Source: Chrysomallon squamiferum
Lineage: Eukaryota; Animalia; Mollusca
Direction: 5' to 3'
DNA length: 64,000 nt
Assembly: GCA_012295275.1 (NCBI GenBank)
Contig: CM022665.1
Coordinates: forward strand, 15,810,001 to 15,874,000
Positions 12,301-25,700 of the stretch are shown here, piece by piece. Below the pieces are notes generated by a model. That model searched no databases. It saw nothing but the letters and a program-made list of their open reading frames with translations, and had not been told where the DNA came from. Numbering within the stretch: position 1 is the stretch's first letter; every line of letters starts with the position of its first letter. A program made the translations under genes and the position numbers.

Positions 12301-15300
12301 GATCAGTATAAGTAATACACTAGTTGCGTAACAAGGGAAAAAAAAGTATTATGGTTGTCACATTAATTAATAAAGTGTTGTGAAGGCACATTATTTTATA
12401 CATGCATTAATTTCATACTTTACAATACACAGACAGACACACATACACACACATCCACATACAAGAAGGAATCTGCTGTTTTAACTCCAAGTACTATTCT
12501 TATTCATCTACTTTAAGGGATCATTTACATGGACTTTTCTACATTGAAGGAAAGCATTTACCATCTCACTGAGGCACCAACTGGAAAAAGAAATAATCAA
12601 ATGGATACCTTATTATACCTCAGTTCACCAAACTTTCACCTATATTTATAAAAAGCAACTACATTTTAAAACCTATATTATTAATCATTAAAAAAATTAT
12701 GATGTACACTTTATATAAAAAATGACATATAAATTTTGATGTATATATTAATGCTAAATTAACAAACATGATTAGACAGTTACCTCATACAATGAACGTG
12801 ACACTAAGCCACAAGGATTTGATGCAGCAAATTTGAGAGCTCGGCACAAAGTTCTCAAACTGAATCAGAAAATCAAAATAGAAATAATTTACTATCATGT
12901 TCAAATCAAATTCTGGGATGTTAGAAATTAAATAGAACATATCAATACACATTAATGTTAATTTTCAGAATGCTTCAAGTAAAAAAGGAGTTTATTTATA
13001 AAATTACATTAAAAGTAGAAATCTTACTAATAAAATACGGTAAATGATAATCTTTGCTAAAAAGAAAAAAATTAACAAAAATGATTATACATATATGTAA
13101 ATTAAGGGAAAAACGGTTAAAAGAAGAGTGGTGTGATACCTGAAGTGAGGTCTATGACCTGTCCCATCAGTCAGATGTTTCTCTGCTTCAATTCGAACTT
13201 TCAGGTAGAAGTGGACAATCCTGTCAATGTGAGTGGGGGTCAAGGACAAACCTTTGAGGTAATCATTAATAAGAATCTTCAAATCCTGAACATCATTCAA
13301 CTCATCCACAAACAATTCTGTAAACCTGAAATTAAATAATTATGCAAAAATTAAAATTAAAATGATATATACAGGATTTGTACACCTTAGGCTGTCAAAA
13401 TTTACATAACTTTTCCAAAATTTTCCGTAGCCCAAACCCATTTCCAAACCTGATCACAACAAAGAGGGTTTTTTTTTCAAATTTTAGACATTTGTTTTTA
13501 GACAGAGTTAAAACTTGCCTTGACTAAGCTGTGTTGTATATAGGTAGGATTACTAGTAATAATAAAATTAATGTAATTAATTTTGGCATATTAAAATGCA
13601 GTTTTATACTTGGAGTGGACACGACTATGATGGTATGTAAGGTGACTGCCAGAAATATGAATACAGAAGTATTGCTTCACAAAAAGTTGTTGTGTTCCTT
13701 TCTTCTAATTCAGTTAATAACTTATACCTTTAAAATGCCCTAAATCCTACTCCTTATGGGCTTGTGGTCAGAATTATCAGTTGGCCTCAAAATGAAAAAT
13801 ATAACCAACCATAATGGGCTGTTCAAATATTACACAACACTATTCTTGTCAAAATAAAACATCCACCCACTCCATGCCAAACTATACAAAATTTAAGGTA
13901 ACACTTGAAGATTCCCCCCCCCCCTCCAACACACAGAGAATGCAACGGGGCAATGTTTATTTATATCCATATGTATTACAATGATCTCCTTAATAATGAC
14001 ATATTGCTGTAAGATGGGAAAAAAAAGCCTACAGGTTTTCACTTTTAACTGACCATCATATAAATACAATGTTAAAAATTAAATGTCTGGTATATTAAAG
14101 CATTTCAGCTGGGTTTACATTTACCTGTAAAAACCTATATTAACATATTTTTCAAACAATAACCCACAACTTTTTTTCTTATGGGACAGGGCGGATTATA
14201 TATGAATTTCATTTTCAATTTCAAATAATGTATACGCCACTTCTGTAAGTAGGATGTACTTTTGCATTTGGAACAGCTGATTACTGTTGCATTAAATCAT
14301 TAATTATGTGGCATGTTACTGTGAGCATGTTGATACCCATTCAACAGATTATACTCATTAGTGTTGTAATCAATTACACTGACCACTTAGCACTATCACA
14401 ACAAGCCTGCTCTGTCAGTCTGATAGAAATTTGCAACAAGTATCATCTATTTACAAACTGGAATACTGGAAACAAAATACAGTTGTTTTTAGAAATATGG
14501 GCCTCCTGCACAAGTGCAGATAGTCTGAGTTAATCTTTCGGGATCAGGATACAATGAAACCATTTTCTTTGGCTATGCCATAATGGCACCCTCATTATCT
14601 TGGTTAAAACGGGGCATTGGGTCAGGGCTAAATACTTGTGAAACAATCCAGTTTTTCATACATTTTATTTACAACAAGGACATAATTTTCCACAACTTTA
14701 CCATAGTCAAGGTAACAAAACCTGATTTTCCAAATCTTTCCAAAACATGTATGAACCCTGTATATAGATTCATGATGAAAAATGCTGCAATACCAGTATA
14801 TATTATGCAGATGACATGATTCATGTGACCCTATGAGATACTATAAAGTTAAATATTATGATGAGTATCAATGAATTCTTAATCTTATTTATACATTTAT
14901 TTCTACTCAGCAGCTAAACACCCATATATGAATTTGTCAGCATGTAATTAAACATTTATTCTTTTGATTATTCTAAGGCTACATTTATTTATAAAATACC
15001 AACTTGAAGTACCTGTCTATTTTTATAATTCATATTTATTCATGAAATATTAAAGAGTCCAGATTTGTGGCTAACTTGGTTATGGCCTGTTATATAATAT
15101 ACAATAATAATAATAAAATAATGATTAATAAAGTTACCTGTTTCTAATTCCTGGTGTGAGATCCTTTTTGCCAACATCAGTTGCAGGATTCATGCAGGCA
15201 AACAGACGGAAGTCAGGATGTCGTACTATTGGTTCAGCATCTCTGAAAACAAATATTATCTTCATTTTGAACAACAATGATCTTTTTAAGAGAATAATTA

Positions 15301-18300
15301 AGATATTATTATTTAATTTATTATTTAATATTTGTTTGTTAAGTCACTGATCACATCAAAATGACAAGAAATACAAACCCTCTTTCAGTGAGAACAACAG
15401 AACCAGTAGTACTTTCTAGAAGACCACTCAGGCATTCTAATGTTTCTGCAGCAGCAAGGTTTATCTCATCAAGAAGGACCCAGTCTCCTTTCTTCAGAGC
15501 TGTGACCAGACTTCCCTGGAATTAAAATCCACTGTAACATTAAGCTTTTATATAAACGATTCAAAAATGTTCCGTAAATGACTATGTTTACTAAAAATAA
15601 TGTTAATTCTAAAAACACTCTAAGTATAAGTAAATAATTTACTTTAAAAAAAATGAGTGAAAAAAGTTATGATTAGTAAAGACTTATATATTATAGTTTT
15701 CAATTACTATTAACATGATTTATAAAGGTATATATAGTTAAAAATTTAAATTACTAAAAACATAACTTAATGATACATTTCAGGTTAGAATAATATTCTT
15801 GTAATTCTTCATTTATCATCATCACATAATAAATTAAAACATCATACTTCTTTTTAATGCTTTAATGTTTATTAATGTATCAGTGAATGAATGCCTATTT
15901 GTTTAATAACACTTCAACATTATTTTAATACTCATTTTATTAAGTGTCAATTAACATAGAAAAAACCTGCTATTGTCAGACTCATGTTAATTCTTATCAA
16001 ACAACAGTCATGACAATTTAGCGTTAGCACATATGCTAAACTATAATTTATGAGGACTGATCCTGAAATCCATTACCCTGCTGGTAAACATTCTACCACA
16101 GAGTACACCCTGTCTAAATAACAAATCAAACAAATAATACATTTACAAGATGAATTTAAGATAAATATTAATAAAAATTGTTTTAATACTGAGAATAAAA
16201 TATGTATACCTCTATAAATGCAAAGGCCAATGCATTTTCAATCTGTTGCACTTGTATCTGTAATTCTTTCAATCTCTGACCTATCTTTTTCCATTCCATG
16301 AGAATTTCAAGATCTGAAAAAAAAGAGGGAAAAAAAAATGAAAGAAAAGAAAATGAAGAAAAAAGAAAAGGTAATGTTAACAAATTTTAAACATTTAAAA
16401 TAAAATAAAATATGGATGTACCATTGGTGGAGCAAAAGATGGAATAGGAAATAAACCCAAGGTATATATAATTATCTCTTTGATACATTTAAGCATTTTA
16501 CAACTAACAGAAGTTAAATATTTTAATATATTGATGTTATGAAAGAATAAAGCTGTAGCTCCTATTTCAGTGGGTATTCTTAGCCATGTAGCATGACCTT
16601 TGATAAATCTGTTGTAGAATATTGACTGGCTTGGAAAACAATCTGTTCTCTGTTGTAAGAAGGGTTGAATATGGGATCTATCCTGCATCAAACTTGTGCT
16701 ATACTAGAAATAATTATAGGCTGCTACAGCTAAATAGCACAGTGAGGATCAATCTGAATCAAGCAAAATGTCTGCCACCTAGACAGAGGCATTTATTATG
16801 AACACTGGAATAAGTAACTAAATACATATCACTCTCACTTTCTTTGTATTTCTTGCTGGCTGCCTGTTGAGTGTGTTCCATCAAACTTAATAAGCTCTTC
16901 CATTTTTTTTTGCAAAAACAGTCCTGTGTAACAAAAAGAAAAGGAAAAAAAAGTAATTATTAGTACTTTAGGTACTCTTCCAAAAACCTAATATATCAAC
17001 ACTTTCACAATATGTATTTAGATATCCATCAAGCTAACTGTAGTTAAAATTACAAACCTGAATGTGTCCCAAGAACCTGGAATTTTGTTTCCTGGAGAAT
17101 GTTTTATTGAAAAGGATTTCAAAATCCTCTCTAAATGGCATGATGACAAACTTGAGATCAACTGGTTTGAAACTAGAGAACACAAAAAAAAAAAAAATGA
17201 CATGCTCATATATATTAAATTAATACTATGGATAAATGAATGAATGGAAGGACAATTTTTCTTAAAGATCATTACTTATCAATCGTGTGAAATGATAATA
17301 ATACAAAGGAAAAGGAAAAGTGTTGCAGCCACATCATCGGGTCTTCCTATCAATAGTAATATATATAATTTATCAAACACAGGTAGCACATACAATAGTG
17401 TTTGATAAAGCAGAACATTGATAATATAGAGAAGCAGACCCCAAACACAGAGTGGCTCAAACAGTTCATAATAATCATCCTTGAAAGAATAGAAAAGACA
17501 GCATGACAAAATAGATTTTATACACACAAAGTACCTGAAATTTAAGACTATTTCTTGAATGATATTTCTAATAATGTTAGTCAAAGCACAGAAATATTAG
17601 TTTGTAAAAGTAAACCCAGAATAAAATATGAATTTACCCAGTATGACATTCATAAAGAATTTTCAACTTAATTTAGTACATTTGAATTACTGCAAGAAAT
17701 TGTTTTTTCAAAGTTACTGCAATGCATCTCAATATTCATCGTTTGTAGGTCTCGAAGTATTTGCATCAGTCCATATCAATGGATACTGATTACCTGTATG
17801 CAATTGTCTATTAGAGTTATAAAAGTAAACACAAATTGTTCTAACCCTCCTAGAAGGTCTGTACTATCACTTTGTTGGTTCATGTTGATCACATGCAGTT
17901 TATGACCTGAAAAAATTAACAAAATATTAGCTTAAAATTATACACATAATTATCACATAAAGTGAACTAATGCATCAAAAGTATAGAAGTGTTTTCAGTT
18001 CTGTTTTGCCCACCCCATCTGATACAAATTAATTTGCTATTTAAAACCTGTTTATATCTAAGCCCAACAGATGTCTGAAGATAAATAAAATAAATTATGT
18101 AAATCTCTTGGTCTAACATAACAATGCAGTCAACTTCCTTTGAAAAAATGTCCTAGCTAAGCTGTTGCCAGGATCTAAACCCTTTTCCCCAATGTGAGAT
18201 TCAAGTGTTTTACCAGCTGAGCTAAAACAGTAACAGTGAATGTCCCACTAGCTACTAAAATTGAAAATTTATAATAAATACTATTGAAAAAATCATATAG

Positions 18301-19743
18301 AAATTCCCGAATTTATAAAGTAAAATACCTAGCTGATGAGCTAAAAACTGAATAGATGATGTTTTTCCTGTTCCAGTCTCTCCAACCAATAATGCTGGTT
18401 CATTTCTTGCAACACAGACAGCTACTTTTTCCAGCAATGAAACTGACTGACGAGTGAAGGCAAATGTACCCTGTGATGTTCTGGAAATAAATTTTATAAA
18501 AATATGATTAATTCAGATGAACATATAAATTAACTAAAATATTTTATTAATTACTGAAAAATATTAGCCAAAACAAAGAAGAAAAAAAAAGACTAACAAA
18601 TACTAGAAATAGTTCTCCAGTATTTAATATGAATTTTACCATCACCTCCCCTAAAAAGTCACAAAATTAATTGATATTTGTAACTTCTGGTTCAGCAGTA
18701 AAATTAATCACCTAGCTCAATGCTGATATTTCTTAATGCTACAAAATCAAGTCAGCACAAAACACACAAAATAAGATATAAGAAATTCTATGTAAACTAT
18801 TGCTGTTACATGCATTGTAACAATGAGATTAATACATATAGCTGTTTTCCATCATTAAGCCAGTCAGGCTCATCCAAAAAAAAAAAAAAAAAAAAAAATA
18901 AATAAATAAATGATCTTAATTAATACCTCTTTATTTTGAAAATATCCACTGGTTTTTTGGGAAGGGCAACTCTACCAACAGTAAGTGTACTTGGTGTGAT
19001 GTCAATGTTTGGCTTGTGTTTACAGCAAAAATATTCTGCCTGAAAGTTAGAAATACTTTTATTAAATTTTCACAAATAAATATAATTAGAGTGTAATAAA
19101 ATAAATTAACTTAAATAGAAGTTTAATGGTTAACAAACTTTAAAAATTATCTCAACACCAAAAAAATAAACAAATAAATAAAACATGAAAAAAAAAAAAA
19201 TATATATATATATATTTAAAAAAATAAAATAAATAAATATAACCAAAATAATAATGATTTTTATATTTAGTACCTGTTATACAACTGTCATTAAATGGTA
19301 ACAATGACAGATTACAGTCTGCTTTTGAAAACAAAATACAAATGCTTATATTATCATGTTATTAGCATAAAAGTTGATACTGTATGATAGTTTATTAGAC
19401 ATAATATGAAAATATATTAAATGCAGTTTGGCTGCTTGCTTATATTTTTTTCAATAAAACAGAAGAGAAGTAATAATTAATATTTCTTTCCTCAAATATT
19501 AGTAATACATGGATTGTACAAGATTGCTAAATACAGGCATGAATGAACATTTTTTTGAATTATAATTTTTGATATTAAACTACCTCGTATCATTTAACCT
19601 TCTGAACTAGGCATTCCTAGGTATTTCTAAAGATGTTTGTTTATTATTTGAGACCAATGATACATTCAAAATGGAATAAATTATGAATAAATCAAAGTAA
19701 TATGTAGTCTGCCAGTTTACATGATGCTACTATCAGAAAGAAC

Positions 19744-19782
<39 letters not shown>

Positions 19783-22700
19783 GTATATCAATATATTAAA
19801 ACTTTTTCAAAACAAAATATACATACATGGTTTTTAGTAATGTTTAGTTTGGCTCCAATGGCTTCTGCAAGCAGTATTCTTTTCCCAAGTTTTGGCAATG
19901 AAGCGACAAAACAATCAACAGCTTCCTGAAAAACTTTTAGTCCTGATTCGGATGAAGAAATGTCAAAATCAGCACTGATACGACTACACCAGGTCATTAG
20001 ATCTCTGGAAAATAAAACACATTGCAATTTTTATCTGATGAATGATAGCATGAATAAAAACCTAAATACTCAAATTTGTATTATGTTTTACTACATACAT
20101 TAGTATAAAAAATAAAATTTAAAAAAAGGAAAAAAGCATCTGCACTGCTTTGTCCACAATTAATTTTTTATATATCTATTGTCAGAGGAAATAATAAATA
20201 TATCAAGGTTAAAAGAAGGCTGAAGATTCAATTAAATTATATGATGGATATTGGATCTAAGTGGCAAGGGGGTGGGGTAACAGTAGCTTAAAAAAAAATT
20301 ACACCAATTTTATACACATTTCTAAGTATCTGCTCTATTTCTATATCTATTTCTATCTTTACCTCTATGTCTATGTATCTGTATCTACACAGATATGAGA
20401 GAGAGATAGAGAGTGCGGGAGAGATATGGAGATACAGAATCACAGAGTGAGAATAGGACACAGTATGGAAAGCAAAATGGAGCAGTCCAATTTATTCTTC
20501 TGTGATATCTCTATTTACTCTCATCTCCATTTAAAAACATATAACTGCAAATATATGCTAACAGGGATTCAAATGTACAATCCATATAGTACCTTGTAGA
20601 AACCAAACGTCCATCTTGAGACATGAATTTGCCAGTGGTGTCTGTATTAGACTCAGTGTCAGCAATTGTAACCTCATGTTTACCTACAGACAGCAAGAAA
20701 TAGATATCCAAGAGTTTATCAACTACAGATGTCAGCAGTGGAAATTTTGTAGATATCACCTTAAAAGGAAACAATTTTTTTAATTAATTCTAAAACCTTG
20801 CATAAAAATGTTTTTAAAAAATACTAGAAATATAACTAATATTTTAAAATTTTAATATTTTATTTAAATGCTAAAAACACCATTTTGTTGTAAAATCACA
20901 GTTTCTAATGCAACAGACATTTCAGTATTGTGTTCTGAATTGCTATGGAGATTTTAAAAATATGGAAATTCTAAAATATTAAGCATAATTTTGCTATCCA
21001 TTTTATCACTAATAAATGTTTTTAAAATTAAAATATTCACTGTACTGGCAGATTATGACTATATCTCTAAAGATAGATTATAGATATAGACAAAGTATCT
21101 CTTATAAATTCTTTATTATCTCAAGTTATTACTTTATTTGTTATCATTTCTATTAATTAGGAATAAAAATATGTAAAAAATTTGATCTCAGTCTATTACC
21201 ACTACAAGGTTCCATCACTATTTAGGTTATAACAGCTATATGATTTTCTTCTTACATGGTCAAAAAAAAAGAAGAAAATAAAAAAGCAATTTAAACATTT
21301 CTGCAATACTTACAGTTTGCAGTTCTGACCCTGTTAAAGGCTCAACATTTATCTTAGTCCACATCTTGTCAAGTAACACAGAACTACTACTGTGTTGGTT
21401 ATACCAGCCTCTACTCCCTCCTATCAGTCTGCAAAAAAAATAAAAAAAATAAAAAAAAGTGTTTTAATTTATTTACTTTCTTACAATATTATATTATATA
21501 TATTGATATATATTATTATTATCTTTTAGTATACAAAACTCAGTAAAGTAAAACAATTAATTATAAAACTGAATATTTTTTACACACTAATAATATTAAG
21601 TTATAATAACAATAATAATGTCATAATATTTATAGACTGCCAAAATATTTTTAAAATCTAAAGTTCTATTCAAAGGTAAATTCTTGTAAAAGGGCAACTA
21701 TTGAGAATTTTTTTTAGATCAAAAATAAAATCTAAAAATCCAACCTTTGGGTTGCAAAAAGTCTAAATCCAGAATGGGCACGGATATTATCCCCATGCCC
21801 AGGTACAGAGAGGCATCCATTTTCTAGCAGGGGCAACAAGATGGAGACAACATCCATTGGTGCATGGTCTACATCTTCAAGCAGCACCCAGTGTCCTTCT
21901 GTAACTGCCCGAGTCAGAATTCCAGGCTGCCATACAAACTGTCCTGGTACCTCAGTACATCTGTAGATACCTAACAGTGTCTGAGGAAAAAAAGAAATAC
22001 AAATAATAATGATTATGAAGAATACAATAATAATTAAAATTATCCCAGTATTGATTTTGATAACAACAATAATTATGATGACAGTGATAAAATAAAACTT
22101 TCAGATAAATTCATTTTCTATTTTCTACTGCAGAACCAACAATAAATAAATATTTTCATATTTTACCATTACTACCTAAAAGATATAACCAGTAATTCTA
22201 ATGCTATATTATTTTTGAAATAATAATGCAAACTACATTACTAATAAGGTCTGATTTCATATACCCTTGCACTGCATAAGCATGAGTACTGAATACCTCC
22301 TTAGTAAATAAACTATTATTGTTTTTAAAAGTATTTTTTTTTTCTAAAATATATATGTACCTTTTATTTTATTTGAGAAAACAACAACTTACTTTACTGT
22401 CAGTCTGGTCACCAAGTTGTATTTTTAATAATTCAGGTGATTTTGTTCTACCTGTAACAAAGCCAAGGTGTTCAACAAGTGAAGTCTTCCCACTACCTAC
22501 AGGTCCTTGTAAAAGGATAGGGCTTCCTGACACTACAGCCAGAGCAAGACTTCGCAGGTTATTCAGCATTGAGGTAACTGGGATGAGACAACCAGAAGAT
22601 ACCTGAAAAAAAAGGATAAAAGAAAAGGTGAAATAGAAGAAGCTTTAGATAAAAATAATAGATAGAAATTAGAATACAAATGGAGTTCAACACAAACAAA

Positions 22701-25700
22701 TGTTTGTGAATGACAGCTTCCATCACATGAAGGGGTTACTCTTTTTTCAGTGAGAAGGATGTGATCTTTCAAATCCACAGATAGCATGGACCAAAGACTT
22801 TTTTTAAAATTCAAATAGGAAACTTGTTGTTTGCATACATAATAGTACAGGTTTTAGAAGATGAATGATTTTTGTTTTGACAAAAAAGAATGGAAAATTA
22901 ATTTTGAACTGATTTTTTTTATACATCTGGTTGACGGACCTTTCAAAACAAATTTCAAAATTTTCTGTCCAAAAAGTGGTTTTGAGCACTATAATGAACG
23001 TATCAGAGCAATCATGGAAAAAACATTGGATTATAATTTTCTTTTTACATGTAATATGAACTCTAATGCATTGAAAATGGAAATAAATAACATAAATGAA
23101 GAATTGTAACAGTTTCAAGTATTTTTTACAACAACATATTCAAAACTGTCTGCTATGCAGTTTTGGCAGAATAATGTGTCCACATTATGGTACCTAATCA
23201 TAACAGTTATCTTCATATTCACCCACCAGTGCCTGCAAAAATAATTTTCTTTTTTGTTTTCATGAAATGCTTTTGCTGGCAATGTCATAATAATATTTTA
23301 AGAAATATAGTACAAAACAGGTATAAAGTGGTATGAGTTCAAAGTTACCAAAAAAACAAAAACAACAAATACATTTGTTTGACCTCTTCAAAAGTATAAA
23401 ATCAAAAAACAGCATTCAGGCATAGTTTGCACCGATTAAATTTGAGCAATCTTAAGCCATTTTTTGAGCAGATGCAATTTGTGCTGCTATGAGTTACCAT
23501 TCCTGCTGGTCCATGTATCATAGATGGGAAATCATTTATCACAATCTCTGATAAACTACACTTAAGGCATTGCAAATGTCAAAACAGATAAAAATTGAAG
23601 CACTCACAAAACTGAATTATGATTATTTTAAAGTAACATACTGTATTATCGTCTTTACTGGAATTTAATTTTGGAACCAGAATCCCAGCCACATAAATGA
23701 CACTGCTAATAAAATCTGACTCCATGATGGCTTGCATAGTGTGACTCTGAGGATGGGACATTTCCTTGGTAACCAGGTCTATGGTCTTCATAGATGACAG
23801 TTTTCTTTTTTCTTCTTCATAGTGATATCTGTATGAATAAAAAAAATAATATTTAACAATATCCCATCATCAACACAATATTAACTACTTCAATCAGAAT
23901 AAAGGAAAAAGTAAATCAATAAATTAACAGTCAACTAAATCTCTGTGAATGAATATTTATGAAGCCTGAGCAAAACTATATATCATCAATTATTGGCTAT
24001 CACTGTAATGATAATAATAAGAAAATTAATTTAAATGATTCAATGAATAAAATTTAAAACATGCATATATCATCAAATAAAAATTTAACTGGAATATTGA
24101 ATGGCATATAAAGAAAAATAATTAATAATAAACAAAAACATGTGTGTGTGTTTGTGTATTTATATCACTTATGTTAAAATTTGTAATGAAACATTATTAA
24201 AAATATCTTTGGTTGAGAATTACAGCATTTGTGTACAAAAAGAAACAAGAGAATAAAAATAACCCTAATAGTAATAGAAAACATGAAAACAATAAAAAAA
24301 AAAAAAATTATTTCTCACCATTATAACTTTTAAATAAATAAAATTCAAATATTGATCATTACTGCGAGTATAACATAGCTGAAACTGTTTGTCATGACAT
24401 CACCTTAAAAAAAACGAAATGTAAACATTTCTAGACATGTAGACAAAACTTGTACCTAATTGTGAGGTCTCTCTTCTCTGTAGGTGTAAAATACATTCTA
24501 CAGAGCTTTTCTTTTTCACTTGGTGATAGGTGAAGAAGCCGGGACACTGTCTGCACAGCAAACCTGGATTATAAAAAGAAATAACATTTATTTAAAGATC
24601 TCAAAAGTTATGAGATGTATTATTTTTATTCTGTACAATAATGCAAGAAACCTCCTACTACCACTCCATTGGTTACTCTCATCAATAAGGGAAAATGGGT
24701 ATTTTATATCCAATCTTCCAACAAACAGGAAAACACATATACTAAAACATTTGTGGAATACTAGATTAAATGGGTGATAGCCTGATAGATGAAGTTTCAT
24801 TCCAGCACTTTTCACAACTGAGATATACTCTAAATCCATTATATATGTATTAAATAAAACAGATACATATTAATATTTTATCACCATATGGACAAAACCT
24901 ACAGCCTGTAATATGAAACAAAGAACCAAACACCTTTCTTTATCTAGTTTTTGGTATAAACAGTTATTACATATCAACATTTATTTTACAACTTAATTAT
25001 CATTATGTATAATGCTAAATATTGGGGAAAAAAAGCATTTTCAAATAAGAAACAAAAGAAAAGATGTACCATCTGATCACTTTATCCTTGTTGGTCAGAA
25101 AGCAAATAACATTTTCCATGGTGATACAATCAGAAATTTCATCTTCTGTGTAATGTACATATCTCCAAAATGCTTGGCAACGGTCTCTGTCCAAAATCTA
25201 TAAAACACATCATGATGTTATGTAACAGGTTTGAATTTATAATTTATAAAACAAATTCAGAAGTATATAAAATATAGTTCACACACCAAGTGTGAATTTT
25301 AAATTGATATAAAGGCATTTTATAAATAAATGTTACCTTGATTCTTTTTGCCTTCTTTCTTGGAGGCTCTTCATTGTCACGTTGGCCATCTGATCGAAAT
25401 GGTTTGCAAGTTTTCAAAAATTCAACAGCAAACCTACAATGTTTAAGAACAGTAGATTAAACATGACATAATAATAATAATAATTTATTTCTTATTCTTT
25501 AAATGTGAAGTTTACAATAGTGCTACAGACATGAACATATCCATTCTAATTTTTGTGGAATTGAATACTGAGTCACATACATATATTCATACACTAGTAT
25601 ACATTATTACTATTGATCATTAATTTCACACACATTAACAAAGTCATTCGTATTCCTAACTACAACAAAGGAGCTGTTTTCTAAAACTATCATAAATATA

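Noticed and set aside
14821-14950. Second AGGGTC-ACA-TGA ending similar to position 640
   Set aside because: Lower stem and pocket geometry are poor, and no target was found.
17465-17492. Resemblance to the U3 snoRNA 5' box A region
   Set aside because: Short AT-rich similarity only; boxes B, C and D of U3 are not arranged as expected.
18161-18226. tRNA gene
   Set aside because: No acceptor or anticodon stems and a decayed B-box; treated as a SINE head.
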